Source: Takakia lepidozioides (lineage: Eukaryota > Plantae > Bryophyta). Taken from it: 64,000 nucleotides of DNA. The position numbers were made by a program, and so were the translations under genes. Positions 36,052 through 49,400 of the stretch are shown here, piece by piece. Within the stretch, counting starts at the first letter, position 1. Each line of letters begins with the position of its first letter. Below the pieces are notes generated by a model, which had not been told where the DNA came from, did no database searches, and worked only from the letters and a program-made list of their open reading frames with translations. Where the stretch lies: contig CM060734.1 of NCBI GenBank assembly GCA_030704615.1, forward strand, positions 28,582,001 through 28,646,000, given 5' to 3'.

Positions 36052-36779
36052 TGTCGCGGCCTTTTTCCTTGAGGGCAGGGGGTCGGGACACAAGAAGGGC
36101 TGCCCCTGTGGTAGGGGCAGTGGCAACAATAGATGCAGGGGCTGAAGCACCATTGAGTTCCCAAGGCACTCAAGGAGGCGGAGGCGCTCACTAAGTGGAG
36201 CCCCGCACACCGGGTTGCGGTGGGAATGGTTCCACGAGGGGTGGTGGTAGCTTAGCGGGACTTAGTGGGGGTGGCATAGGACTCACCATGGGGCGGAGAC
36301 CTTGTGGTGGGAGTCGTGGGGAGTCTTGGGACTCATCACGGTCCAATGGGGCCGTGGTGGGTGGGCGGGCCAAGACTCACCGCGACTCATCACCGGGAAT
36401 CGAGGGTCTTTGTGGTGGTTCGCCATAAAAGGATAGTGTTGTTTGTGAAACCCCCGCAGACAGTCACAGAAGTATATATAGGGAGTAGTAACCCCGAGAA
36501 CGGTGCAAGCCTGTTGGTGACCAAAAACTAGTGAGTGAACGAACGAGTCGGAAAGCGACCAAGGAGTGGGGAGCTATTCCGGACTGCCATCTACCAAAGG
36601 GAATTTCCACTAGGCCCAAATTGGTGGAGGGTCTTTTGGAGGAGTAAAGGGGGACCGCTATGTCCCGGTGAGCAGCTGAAGCTCCGAGTTGGCCCGACGG
36701 CCACTTTGGGAGTTAGGCGCGTGCATCGAGTGAGTAACTATGACTTGAAGGGGAGCTTATCGAAGTGAGGTGTGCGACA
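36052..36779 (+). repeat. 3' LTR of the outer element
   Basis: Reverse-complement homolog of the inner LTRs, visibly more diverged; TG...CA termini. Confidence 0.9.
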
Positions 36780-36784
36780 CAATC

Positions 36785-38960
36785 TTTGCAAGTGTGTTGG
36801 ACATACCTTGTCAGAGGTACGTATCGAGTAACAGGTCAATTGAAATTGATTGAAAGGGTGAACCCATTGTGATGTTCAAATGATTTTTTATTGCTTGCAA
36901 ACATTGCGAGTGTATTGGACATACCTTGTTGGACGCAATTGGTTTAATCCACTCGATGATGGTTTGTATTTTCTTCTGATCCATAAAGACGCATTTGTCG
37001 AAAATAATGTAGCCCAGAAATTCGACCTCAGATTGATGGAAAGACATTTTTCCAACTTGGCATATAGTCTTCTTTCTCTTAATTTATCAATGACAAGGCA
37101 CATGGCGGCCATGTTCTTCTTCATTCTGTGAAAATATCAAAAATTCGTCCAAATAGATGACTACAAAGTCATCTAAAAATTCTCGAAAGATGTCAATCAT
37201 CATATGTTGGAAAATTGCTCGAGCATTCTTTTATCCGTACAAGATTATAAGCTCATCTCAAGTCAATTTTGGTGAAAATATTCGCTCGTCCCAACTGGTC
37301 GAGAAACCCAAAAAACAGCGACAACGGATAACGATTTTTAATTATAACTTTGTTGAGACCGCGATAGTTTACACACATGCGTAATGATCCGTCCTTCTTT
37401 TTCACAAACAAGATAGGCGTCCCTGCAGATGATTTTGAATATCGGATGAAATTCTTCGACAAATTTTCATCAATGTATTCACGTAATGCAGCCAACTCCG
37501 TCTGGGATAAGTTATAGATTGGGCCGAATGGTGGTTAGGCTCCTTCTTGTAACTCAATTGCACAATCATAAGGTTGATGTTCTGGCAATATGTCTGCATT
37601 TTTCTTCTCGAAGACATCCTTGAAATCTTGATATTGAGTGGGTAATGTTGAAGTATCTTTGTCTGCTGTGGTCTTCATTAGAGTCGCGTAAAGTGCAAAT
37701 GTCGCATTCTTTTGGGTAGCTCTAATGAAAGCTCTAGCTCCAAGGAACATGGGTTCAATACCTTTGATATTTCTACATTTTTGTCTTGCAGAAATTTTCG
37801 CGATCGCCAGTCGATGTCAGGATTGTGAAGTACGAACCAGGGAAGTCCAAGGATCAGAGGATTCGTTGAAGACTGGATGACGTTGAAACAATATGTAATG
37901 CTTGATCTTTAAGCTTCACTTCAAGTGGTCGAGTTTCATGGTCAATATTTCCTGATGCTAACGGTCGTCTATCGATGACTTCAACGGGGGCCGAAAGTTT
38001 CTTCTTTACGAGCGTTAAATTGTATTGCTTCGCAAAGTTTTTGTCAATAAAATATGCTGAAGCCCCTGAGTCCAAAAGTGCTTCTACAGAGATATCTCGA
38101 TTTTGCACTTTGATTTTTACCGGAACTGTGAAACAAGGTGCAGGGTTTGGAGGTAGAAAGAGACATTTTTTTTGTGAGGAATTTGTGGTGTCCAGCCGCA
38201 TGGTCCCTACTGTGACTGGACATCTTCGTTTTCTGACCTCATCGTATCGAACACTTGAGTTGCGCCCCGACCTTTGAATCTTCTCTTGTTGGGGCAGTTT
38301 AATGCTATGTGATCTTCTTCTCCGCAATAGAGGCATCATCCATTCGAGCGCCGTGTTTGTTTTTCTTGTGGCGTCAATGGCTTCAATCGAACAGCATCAA
38401 TCTGCACGGGATCACTACCGGATGTCTGATGGATTGTTGTGTTGGGTGCCGTAGTAGCAGCGGCATAATGCGTCGTTGACCATCCAGATCGCTTCTCTTG
38501 ACATCTTTCGAACAAACGATTATCGCATGCAATGACTTGGGTGATGAACGTTTGGCATTGTCAGCAACAAATATTTTACATCCTCTTTTAGCCCACATCG
38601 AAACTGACTAATGATGCTATTCATTCCAGTCAAGGTCCCACGCAAGTTGTCAAAATTCGGCAGCATAAACGGAAGCAAGACGTGCTCCTTGTCGAAGATT
38701 TCGCATCTTTGTCTCTGCAACTCTCTCTCATCATTATCTCCAAATGTTGTAGTGAACTCGGACATGAACGCTTTAAAATTGTATAGTAAATACAATTTTT
38801 TTTCTAATAGCGATGCAAACCAAGATAGGGCAGTGCCTGATAGAAGGGTGCCCACGAATCCCACTTGAATACCTTCATCGGGGTAACCTTGTGGATGTAG
38901 TCGTAGGAACAATCGTACTTGTTGAACAAAATCGCGATCGCGAGGAAAAACGCGGAATAA
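36785..38960 (-). mobile_element. Old degenerate Ty3/gypsy (Tcn1-like chromovirus) gag-protease-RT remnant
   Basis: FVQQVRLFLRLHP..YP...VGFVGTLLSGTALSWF (gag); ALLDSGASAYFID (protease); LPEHQPYDCAIEL and [34 protein letters not shown] (RT). Many frameshifts. Confidence 0.85.
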
Positions 38961-39737
38961 CCACTCTGTCAACCACTCATTTTGAGTGGGAAAAGACACC
39001 CAACCTCTCTGGCCCCAGAGTGGTATAGATCCAGTGGATCTTGACTCAGCAGTGGTTAAAGACATGACGTGTCCAAAGTGGTTAAAGACAGTGGTTACGA
39101 TCACTTGCCTCCGAGTCCAGCTGTTCGCTTACGTGTCACAATGGTAAGCCAAGTCACGTCTGACGTGTCACAATGGTAAACTAACCACTTCATAATATAA
39201 ACCACTTCCACCGTATGCGACGTGGACGCAGCAACTCCGTCGATCATACTTAGCAATGGACGGACACGTGTCCGTATCTATATGGACACGTGGCCGAATC
39301 CAGTTAGACGATTATGGGCTCCATTATCTGGACACGTGGCGATATTGCAAATGAGCACGTGCCCTATTTTAGGGATGTGCTGAAAAATGCAATGACTTCC
39401 CAAACAACTCTGTGAGTGAGACTTAAATGACTCTAATAGTCATGCATGATTCGAGAATAAACAATGTATATTATCACTGAATGTGTGGTTCTAATAGTAT
39501 TGATGTGTACTAAAACCACTTACTGAGTGGTTCTACCAGTATCAATGTAGTGGTTAGGTTGTGTGCTAAAACCACTGACGAAGTCATCCAGTGTGTCCCA
39601 CCAAGTAGGAACCATGTTTTTGAATTATTACTACCAGAGTGGTATGTAAGTGATTGGGGCTACATCTGGAGGAGTACAACCACTCTTGCATACTGTCATA
39701 GTCTTACATATACCACTGACAGAGTGGTGTGTAAGTG
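38958..39737. repeat. AACCACT/AGTGGTT short inverted-motif cluster, probable DNA-transposon terminus remnant
   Basis: More than 15 ACCACT or AGTGGT motifs in both orientations, e.g. AACCACTTACTGAGTGGTT at ~39514. Confidence 0.45.
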
Positions 39738-39884
39738 ATTCATACATTCCCATATAATTCTCCTATAATTCCCATACATTCGAAATGAATATGCAAATCC
39801 AAATACTCTTGAAGCTTCACCATTCAAAAAACAGAATAGAATCCAAGACAGTAAGTGTTGAAACAGAGTCAACAAAATCCAGCC

Positions 39885-40590
39885 ATGATAAAGGGTGACA
39901 TAGCTATTGATCCACAGGGAATCATAGGTAACCTTACGCTTGAAATCCGGCACTCTTGGATGAATCTGGACCCACACTCCATCCCTGCTCCTTCAGCTAT
40001 CCATGCCTCTGCACAGACCATGCATACATCCTTGCCTTGCTGCTAGCAGCTGACAATGACAGCTTACATCTGTTCTAGGAAACACCCAACTCAACTAGAA
40101 TTCAGCAATAGGGTATTTCACCCTACAAATCGGACATTCATCTTTGGCTTGCTGCTAGCAGCTGACAATGACAGCCTAGAGTTGTTCCAACAAACACCCC
40201 AACCCTATTTATCACACTAGTTCCTATGCTCAATTGCATCTGCTACTCTCTATAATCCAACAGGCATTCACCTTCTTGCCTCGATCGTCCCACCATTGAC
40301 TGGGGTCAGAAAAGTATTCATTCCACAGCTTCTCCTTATCTCTATTACCTGTTTCTGGATACTTTCTGTTGTCACATTGACAGTATCATGTCAGTCATTC
40401 CAAACTATCAAAGGTTCACTCAACCAGCTAACTTGCAGAATTCAACATGGCCGATTCTGATAAGAGGGAAAAACAGGGTGAAATGTGTTGAAGAAGGTGC
40501 CTTCATTACCAGTGCCTGAGTTAATCATTGTGCCGCTGCTGCTGCGGTTTCTAGTTGACCATCTACCCATGCAGGTTTCTTGTAGCCATT
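39885..40590 (-). pseudogene. Second locus of OSB-type PDF modules, an inverted paralog of 13020-13570
   Basis: WINGYKKPAWVDGQLE (40575-40530), shared intron-like sequence, then DKEKLWNEYFSDPSQWWDDRGKK | intron | IHPRVPDFKRKVTYDSLWINSY. Confidence 0.72.
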
Positions 40591-40599
40591 GATCCATCT

Positions 40600-41217
40600 G
40601 GTACATTTCCAGCTTTGGTGATGCAACCATGCACCTCCGATGCCCTTTTCCAGGGCTGCCAGGCTTGCACACGCACTGCAAACGCACACAAATATGATGT
40701 GGTCGAACTTCACCCCTTCCCCCATCATTTGCTTTCAGGTCTCCAAAGCCCCATCTAGTGCCCCTACTCTGCACACCCTGCAAGCATCACATTCCACAAC
40801 ACCATATCTCATTCAGCCATAGTGTTGAACACTCCCTTGGCATCCTCAATTCTACCATATTTGGCATACATGGCCACCAGAGCAGTGTTCAGGATGTCAT
40901 CTGGAACAATTGCAGATTTGATCATGTCACCAGGGATCTCCTTGCCATTTTCCAGGGCTGCCAGACACACTGCAAACACACACAAACCTTATGTCGGCGG
41001 GCTTCACCCCTTCCCCCATCATTTGCTCATAGGTTGGAGCCTCCATCCCGCACCCCTGCTGTGCATACCCCGCAAGCATCGCACTCCACGACACCACATC
41101 TCGTTCAGCCATAGTGTTGAACACTCCCTTGGCATCCTCGATGCACCCACATTTGGCATACATGTCCACCAGGGCAGGGGCAATGTTCAGAATGACATCT
41201 GGTAACCTGACAAACAT
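40600..41217 (-). pseudogene. PLS-class pentatricopeptide repeat fragment (two decayed ~300-bp triplet units)
   Basis: ALVDMYAKCGCIEDAKGVFNTMAERDVVSWSAMLAGYAQQG...MMGEGVKP and NTALVAMYAKYGRIEDAKGVFNTM...FVCVCSACASLAALEKG, with stops and frameshifts. Confidence 0.85.
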
Positions 41218-41227
41218 TCTCCTTTTA

Positions 41228-41420
41228 GAATTGTTCCAGCAAATGCCCCAACCCTACTGACTTAGAGGCTGTAGTGTCCAAAGCCATGTCCGTTTCCAGA
41301 AAATTGTCTGATAAAAATGAAGTTAGGCAGAAAACTTCCCTGGACTGGTTTCTAGTCTGTGACATGGGGGAAGACATCATGGATGACCTCAAGGGTCTAC
41401 CCACTCTCGGCACCACTTCA
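41228..41420 (+). mobile_element. Short RTE-X-like LINE fragment
   Basis: Reverse-complement homolog of ~51445-51610 (DLEAVVSKAMSVSRKLSD; MGEDIMDDLKGLPTLGT). Confidence 0.7.
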
Positions 41421-42159
41421 AGTGGACTAGGTTGATCTCTGCTACTCCCACGCTGTTTGCTAGGATGCATCTGCAGCAACTTCCACTAGGTCAGTGGTAG
41501 CAGATGCAAAATCATCAATCTAAATCTCATACCCAACTCTATAAGAAAGACTTAGCAAGAGCAACTTGTGAAAGCGTCCAGACCTGCAGATGTGCTAACA
41601 GCATCACGAGTAGAGCATATGAGCCAATTCCACCATGATAGACCTGAAGAATACAAATAGGTTCATTAACAAGTCAGATGACCAGCCAACGCTAGGAACT
41701 AAGATCCACAGGGACAGGACACAACACATCCAAAATGGCAGGTATACATATTTCAAGAGGTCCTCCAACTTCAATTGAAAACTCCAACATACGCTACACA
41801 CAATGAGGTATGGAAGGATCGACATTCCCATGCCATCTGACTGAGAAATTTTAGGGCTATTCCACATTCGCAATCCCCACTCCCCAGTGCATACAGGCTG
41901 CTTAAGGTTTCTCGCAAAATCGATGTTCACGAAATCTGTTTCATGATGTTACGTAATTGTCTTCATTGGGTGCGTCTTTGCTGTTAAAAAGGGTTTCCTG
42001 CAGTTCTCTTACATGAATATCATATGCAAAACAAATAGCTAGACATACTTCTGGTACTTCTGCTCCTTCTGGTCTAGCAGAGGTAAGAAAGCCCACCTCG
42101 TCAAGCTCTCGCTGCTGTAGGAATATCTTCAACACAAGACACAAAGGCTTCAAAGGATT

Positions 42160-42545
42160 GGCCTACGAAAAGAAATGGAAAAGTGGTCCGACGGTTTGAG
42201 GCAGGTGCGGAGCATGAGTGCAAGATTGAGTCAGCCAAAACCCTGCAGTGTCGGGTGACCCAGATGGTCGATGGCCCCCTCCAGGCTACGGGCAGGTGTA
42301 TAGTATGGTGACATCGAGATCCTGTTCTTCATGACAAGGCGTACGAGGTAACTATTTCCAATTTTCCAGTTTGCACTTGCCCAAACTTCAAGAACACAAT
42401 CTCGAGTTCTCTAGGGAAGAGAGGGAAATTTGTGCCGTGCAAACATTTGTACATGTACATTCACATGATGTTTTGTGATCCTAAACGAGACACATACATT
42501 CACCAATGTATGATAGGACCCAGTGATGTGTTGTGCATGAGTTTG
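42160..42545 (+). pseudogene. SWIM zinc-finger fragment, probably transposon-derived
   Basis: From 42330: HDKAYEVTISNFPVCTCPNFKNTISSSLGKRGKFVPCKHLY, which fits CxC-x(n)-CxH. Confidence 0.65.
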
Positions 42546-43503
42546 AGATGTTATCGGGATTCAGATTGCAAAGCCTTTGCTGTTTTTGTGTCATGCCCTG
42601 TGCCCCATGACTACTTGGGCAGACATGAAAATGGCTTCATGTTGGTTGGTGTCAACACATTCTTGAATGAGATCAATCTTGGTTTGCAATCAATATATTG
42701 TTTTCCACTGTGCAATTGAAGTCAATTGTTTTCTTCCAACCATGTCTCCTAACCAACGTCATGATAGATTCAATGGCAACACTTTCTTGAATGAGATCAA
42801 TCTTACATAAGCCTTCTGTAATGACATTGTTATCCGACATGTGAGGTCCAACCAACCCAAATTACGTGAGGCAAAATCAGTATAACTTTGAGTTCGTGGA
42901 TGGCGGACTTCATTCAACATCATTCATGTTGTTTCACAATGAATCTTATTGCAATCATCCATGCTTCATTCATCCACCCTTTTCCATCCAGCATTCATCC
43001 TACATTCATGCTACATCCATCCGTTCCCTTTTCTCATTCATCCTTGTGAATTTCATCGCACAATCCTCTCAGAATTTCGTGCATGTCACTCGACATCTTA
43101 GGTCCCAGGCATGGTTCTTTACCCTCCGATCCCCTCAACATTGCCCCCACGGAAATAGGCCCTAATTTTACCCAGTTATAGGCTCCGCTTCCCTTATGGG
43201 CTTATGCTTAAGAAATGCGCTCACGCTTAGAGCGCGCTCACGTGCTAGCTTCCCTCGAAAGGGGGCAGTACCCGCAAGGGGAAGATGCTCTTATTTACGT
43301 TAGTTTCGGTTGGCGTCATAAGATAACTCAACTGTCTTAACTTATATGCGAACAAGTTCATGAATGAAACCAGCCCCAAGATCTCATGGCAGTTGAGTGA
43401 AGCACAGTCTGCCCTAGATAAATGTTAACAGTTGGGAGTAGAAAAAAATAACATTTAGACAAGGTTAATACATTAACAGGTTATGAAGGGGTTAATTGTA
43501 GCA

Positions 43504-44148
43504 GGAAGACAATAGGAATAATGTAAGAACTTAATGGACGTGTGTGATCTGACGGTACTTTCGCCAGATTCCGGCAGCCTGGGCTCCTCCGGCGGGGCCC
43601 CTGTCAAAACCTCCCCACCCCCTCTTACCTCGGTTTCACTATTAAATACTTTAGAATCCAAGTGGGTTTCATGCTGCGGTGGGTAGCATGATGGTAAGGT
43701 GGTAGCGTCATAGGCGGCAAGGTTCCGCGTTCGATTCTTGATGGGAGGCGCTTGTGTGTAACCTTGGTCGGTGTAACCCTCCAATCGGTGTAACCCTCTG
43801 TAATCCTGGTTTCTCATGTAACTCTCGTTAGTCCATTTTATACTTAACCAAATTTGGACTTAGTCAAATTTCGAGACCAAGTGTGAGTTACATCGAGAGG
43901 AGTTACACTCCATTCTGTGTAACCCCGAGTGGAGTTACATACCTCGTCGTGTAACCCAATGTAACCCCAAGTGGAGTTACACACCTCATCGTGTACCCCG
44001 ATGTAACCCCAACTCGAGTTTACACTCCTTCAGTTCCATGTCACTCTCAAGAGAGGGTGGGGAAGATTTGACATGCCGGAAACGGCGTACCATCCTGTCA
44101 GAGGTCGCACGTGTGCATTAAGTTCTTACATTATTCCTATTATCTTCC
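43504..44148. mobile_element. Non-autonomous MULE (Mutator-like MITE)
   Basis: Long TIR GGAAGA(C/T)AATAGGAATAATGTAAGAACTTAATG...; perfect 9-bp TSD ATTGTAGCA at 43495-43503 and 44149-44157; internal GTGTAACCC/GAGTTACAC repeats. Confidence 0.9.
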
Positions 44149-44870
44149 ATTGTAGCACATTAATATTTACAGAATATAACAATTAAGAAATATAAAATTT
44201 ATGAAATTAACACTTATGAAATAAAGTGTAATATTTGGAGTCATTCAATTATGGGAAGGAAATACGAATCGATTGTAGGCTGATGAGTATCACTAAGATG
44301 CATATCATCGAGTTCTTTCTCTAGGCATTTCATGGCTAAAATAGTTTTCATAACATCATAAGGCATTTGTTCCAAATATTGAGCAATTGTAGCTATGGCC
44401 ATTTTGGCATACAGGGGCTGGAATTTCAGTGGCAGGTGTGTGTTCTTCCTCGTTATTGACCATATGCGGAGCTTTCAAAACCCACCAACTCCAACAGATC
44501 ATCCACAGTCACTTCATAAGGGTTGTTAAGATCAAACTCAACCTCTTAATGTTTGGGCATCCATATTAGGTAAAACCGGGGAAGTAGTATTACGAGAGAC
44601 GAAGGAAAGGTGCCTCAACAATGCAGCGATGTCACCCAAATCTTCATCATTTGGCCTATGAAGCCTTTATGGTGCACTTAACATTTACTTAGGGCAAATT
44701 AATGGAGAGGGGAGTAAACAATTGTTAACAAATAACACTTAACATTTGCTAGTGTTCACAAGTAGGGGAGTAAATTTTTCTTGATGTTTATGGTAGTTTA
44801 ACGTTTATAGAGGTAACATTTATCCAGGACAGACTGTCACGTCTCGCACCCACACATGTGAGGGCACCTG

Positions 44871-45323
44871 GACACCAAGTTGTAGCCCAGTGACCTAATG
44901 GGCATACCACCTAGGAAGTGGTTGTAGGCTCAATCCACCCATTGGTGTCACAAAGTTGCAGTCCACCTTCCTTATGGAAGGCAATAACCCCTGGCCCAAA
45001 GCGACACTGTAAAACATTGGGAAATTTTTTTCTTTGTAATTCAAGGAACCTCCCTGGCCAGAAGCCTGGTGCTGCCGATTTCCAGGAAGTACCTTCCCCT
45101 TTTGGAAGAGTCCCCTGATTTGCCGGGTCATGGAAGCTTCACTACGTGTAAGAAAAATTTCCCAGTTTTTCACGTTTGGGAAGGGTCGTTCCCACGGCCC
45201 TTCCTCAATTTTTCGAGCCGGGCGGGCTCCGCCCTGTTGCCAGTGCTCTCAAATTCAGGAAGGGCCTTGGGAACGATCCTTCCCTAATACATAATTTACG
45301 CTTCTTTGGGGAGGCGTCATACT
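44871..45323 (+). mobile_element. SINE family A copy interrupted by a ~280-bp insertion
   Basis: 5' part 44871-45007 and 3' part CATAATTTACGCTTC...GGAGGCGTCATAC 45290-45323 match the other copies. Confidence 0.65.
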
Positions 45324-46444
45324 GGTATTTACAAGGGCACCGATGTGTTCTGCCAAGAGGCCACCAAGGGTTTTAGGCGGGGTCCAAGAACCCGAATTGA
45401 AACTGCTTTGAAACCCGCAGTCCCCGGTAATCACACGTGTGAACCCAGCGTTTACTCGCAGGAACCGGCTGTTTCGAGTCCTGCAGGAGGCAGGTCCGGT
45501 TCAAACTGGAATCTCCGGTTTACCGGGGCCAGGCTGGTAATTGCAACAACAGTGGAATGACAGGAAAGACAGCTGTTCACAATAATAACCTTGCTAACCT
45601 TGGTTCTGATGGACGAGCGACGGATGAGATTTTGTGGATGTAAATGCATATCCGTTAAAGCCTACATAGTTACACGTGTCGGATAAGGCCACGCCGGCCG
45701 CCACTTCGGATATTCCACCGTGTCCACCGGCTACCAACAGTCGTGAAAGCAAAACCTTCGTCGCGTGGGGGTGCACAGCCGGTTCAACGACCGGATAGCC
45801 CGGTTCAGGTCCTCCTACGGGTGGTCCCAATGTGGGATGGCCACGTGGACGCGAGGCCACTTGTTGGGGACTTGGGGTCATGCCTCAAACCCTGTTCTCA
45901 GCTGCTCACTATCTGCTTCCTCAACTTCTTTCGCGATCTCCCATTCTTTGAGGACCGTGGGTTAGATTGAAGAGATCTATTTGCGTGGGAGCAAGAGAGT
46001 GAGTAGGATTTCAGATTTTCTTGTGGTTTTCTGTACCCTTCGTTTCGGTCTGTCGCTGTGCATTGCTGGAGGTTTTCTTGATGTTATGTTCTTTTTCGGA
46101 AGATTCGGGGGTTGGAACAGATTGTGGCTTGCGAAGGAAAGCTAGGATCCGTGTTCTCTGTCTCATCCCGTACTTACATTTTGTGTTTTGTACACACTTT
46201 CCCTGTTTTGATAGTTGATCCTGGTCTGGGACTCCATGTGGCTGAGGCCTGATGTATGTCTGATGTTTGTGAACATGATCGGGGTTGATCATTTGGATTA
46301 TTCACAAACTGTAAGACCATGGGACCCTCTCTCCGTGTCGGGGGCTTTTAATTTGCATTTCATTTCATGTCGCAAATGCCTGAATAGGTAGCCTAGCCTT
46401 ATGTGTTGCAGGATTAGGGCGGAGTAAGCACGACGAGGAGGGAG

Positions 46445-49400
46445 ATGGCAGTGATGGAGCGCTTGGTGGGAGCATCGATGGTACCAGTTGCGGCAGCATT
46501 GCCATGCTTGTATCGCACTCCGTCATCTGTACCGACAGAATCTGCTCCTTTATGCAAAAATTTCAACCTGGGAAGAAGGCGCTCTCCCCTTTTTTTAGCC
46601 TCGTCGCCAGCCGGTCCCGGCTCCATCTCAAGGGCCTTAGGTATGTTGGCAGATGTGCCTCACACATGGCTTTTTGGGTTAAAATATATTGCTATTCTGC
46701 TGATCTAAATAACAACCTCGAATTTCCTTCACATTCTAACGTTTGTTAATCTGAAATAAATGAGATTGCAACTCCGAGGTCCAATTGGGTAATCTACATT
46801 GAGTTGCTAGTCAATTTTGAGTTCTATTTGTAGTTAGCGGGCATCGACCTCGATTGGCATGGATCTTGTCACGGTGTGCTACTTAAACGATCTCTAGAGA
46901 ACGTAACATTAGCTTTAAAACTCGAATGACTGTAAGTTGTAATTGCCAATGTAGTACTTTCTGTATCCCTCCTACATTAACAACTATATTGACCAGATTT
47001 GGTTATGGGGGGTCAGCTACATTAGTTTCGGATGGGAAGTTGAGGTCAATTTTAGGTTAAACAATGTATTGAACAAACCCGTGATCTTTTATTCAACTTT
47101 AATGGATGTCTCAGCTTTTTTCTCTCCTCCAGTAATGTCTGGAAGTAGAGGTTTTCTTGGGCTGTTTGCCTTTCTTTGTGTTCTGTTTGTGTCGAGGGAC
47201 TTACAAATTGAATTTGTTGAAGTAAGGGGTTTTGACTGATATTAGTGGAACCCAAGTTACCAGAGTTAAAGTGACGACAGACATTGTGCTGGCAATAACT
47301 GTAGGCGCAGTACACAAAAGTGAGGAGGACGAGTGTGAGGACATAGATTCTTCAATGACAATGGACACTTGCAGGGCTTAGGTTGCTTCAAATGTAGGGT
47401 AAAGAGCTCTCTTGAACTCTTCCAAAATTGAACGTGCTGGAGTTTGGCATTCAAATCATCTCTATGGACACTCTCTCATCTTAGCCACTTGATGGCTATA
47501 TATCTAGTCTGATGTATGTTATTCTGGTAGATTTTGAGCTCCATACGTTCCTGTGTGTTGATGCTAACCCTTAATGTAATGACTGGGGCCAGTCTGAAGA
47601 CTCTTTGCTAAGCAAACTAGGATGGAATGGGAGGGTCAAGTCATCTCCCAGAACCTCGTGCGAGTGCAAAAATTTCATCTACCAGGAAACTGCACCACTT
47701 ATATTCTGCAGAGTTTGCTGCTTGTTGCTGAGGAGAAGCCTGAAACTCAATAAGGAGGGAGTGTTTCTTTTATGACTAGGGGGGCTAAATTCCAACTGCA
47801 GACACACCTCGTCTTTTTGGCTAGGTGCTCGGCATGTACCATGTCTGCCACAGTTTACTGTCTGTGTATCCTTACTAGTCATTGACAAATGCCAGGTGTA
47901 TCTGATGAGACAAGTACTGTCATGGGGAAGTGAGGGCGCAGTCACAGGTTGGCAGCGATGGCACAGCAGTGGCAGCGACCACGACTGATTTCAAGCATGT
48001 GCTGCTCCCCATCATGGACCAAAATCCTTATCTGTCTGAGGCTACCCGCCAGGTTTGGACTCTCATGTGCACTTTTCCTTGCCTGCCTATGTCTAGTCTA
48101 AAGTTTCGAAAAGTAGGAACTTCAGAGGGATGTATCTCTCTCTTTCCTTGCTTGATGTTTCAAGGCAAAAGTAGTTTCCTGATGGAAAGTTCCGGCTCTT
48201 CTCTTCTAGGCTGCTGCCACCACCACTGCCCTTGCAAAAAAGTATGGCGCCGACATCACTGTCGTCGGTACGTCTCTATGTGTCACTTTCTACAGTGGGG
48301 TATCCATCTGTGTTGTTCTCCGCGTGTGTGTGGGTCTCAAACCCCCTTACCCTCTTGCCCCTCCTTCCATTTCTCTGGAGGTAGTGTCTGAGTGCATCAG
48401 GATGTATTGCTTAACTTAAATGGTGTGTCTGTGGAGCAGTGATTGATGAACATAAACCAGATTCGACGTTGGACCATGACATCCGGATGAAGAACATTCG
48501 ATGGCATCTTGCTGAAGGTCTGTTGGCCGTAATTTTCCTGCTGATTTGTTCAGGATTTCGATTCTGCATGGGATTCTTTGGTTCTGTTGTGGCCTTCCCT
48601 GACTTAGCAATTCCTGTCCTAGAAAGAATTGAAGCTTACGGATTATTTTCAACCTGTTTCCTTAACTCCGGCATTCTATTCTGCCTTGTGTCCTCAACGT
48701 CTGCCACTCAGCTAGTGAGAATCTGGATCCACAGATGGGGATGGATTTTGTCAAGTTAAGTGGGTTAAATCCCTGAAACTCCAGCTTAAGTTTCTTAATG
48801 TTACGTTACATGTGTGAATCCAGCTGGACAATTGGCTGCCCGGAAAATGGATCAGAAATTGGATATTGTCTTGGTTGCCCGCATATCGGGCAATGACAAT
48901 CTCCTTTTCCTCTCTGCATCTGTTTATTGTTCAAAGGTAGATCCCCGCCCTGAGTTTAAATTTCACTCTAGTGCTGAGGGTAGGTATGCCCTTGAGATCA
49001 TCCTTAAGGTCCTTGCCCATGTTACAGCCTGTAAAGTATTAATCCCTCTGCAGTGGAGAAATGTAGTGAGACCCAAAGCTTTGCATTTAGCCGATTGAAT
49101 CACTTTTTGTATATGTGCATCCCAGTTACAGCTGGAGGAAAACTCAAATGATTAATATATGTGTAGGAAGGGACTACAGGGATCTCTTCATTACGCCATT
49201 TCCATTTGACATCCCCTCCTCCCTCCCCGCGGTCATTGAATGCCACCACTACATTTACTAACATTAGCTTCTAGCTTCCACAGGTGAAAGAACCTCTTCA
49301 CTCAATCAATCAACTCCTGGAGATTGGATGGGGTATCCCCTAGGCCTGTGAAATCATCCGCAAACGGAAGACACTGGTGTGGTGGCATCACCCACCTTTA

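Larger units (their letters stand above)
25560..36779 (+). mobile_element. Outer Galadriel-like chromovirus, 5'-truncated: RT-RNaseH 25560-26850, integrase-chromodomain 33833-35150, 3' LTR 36052-36779
   Basis: YIDD RT and DAS RNase H motifs. The reading KQKHLY|VPKG is split by the inner element. There are stops and frameshifts in the integrase. PPT-like GGTAGGGGTGTG precedes the TG...CA LTR. Confidence 0.9.

Noticed and set aside
41430-42153. Possible host-gene exon fragments on the minus strand
   Set aside because: Multiple stops and no family recognised.
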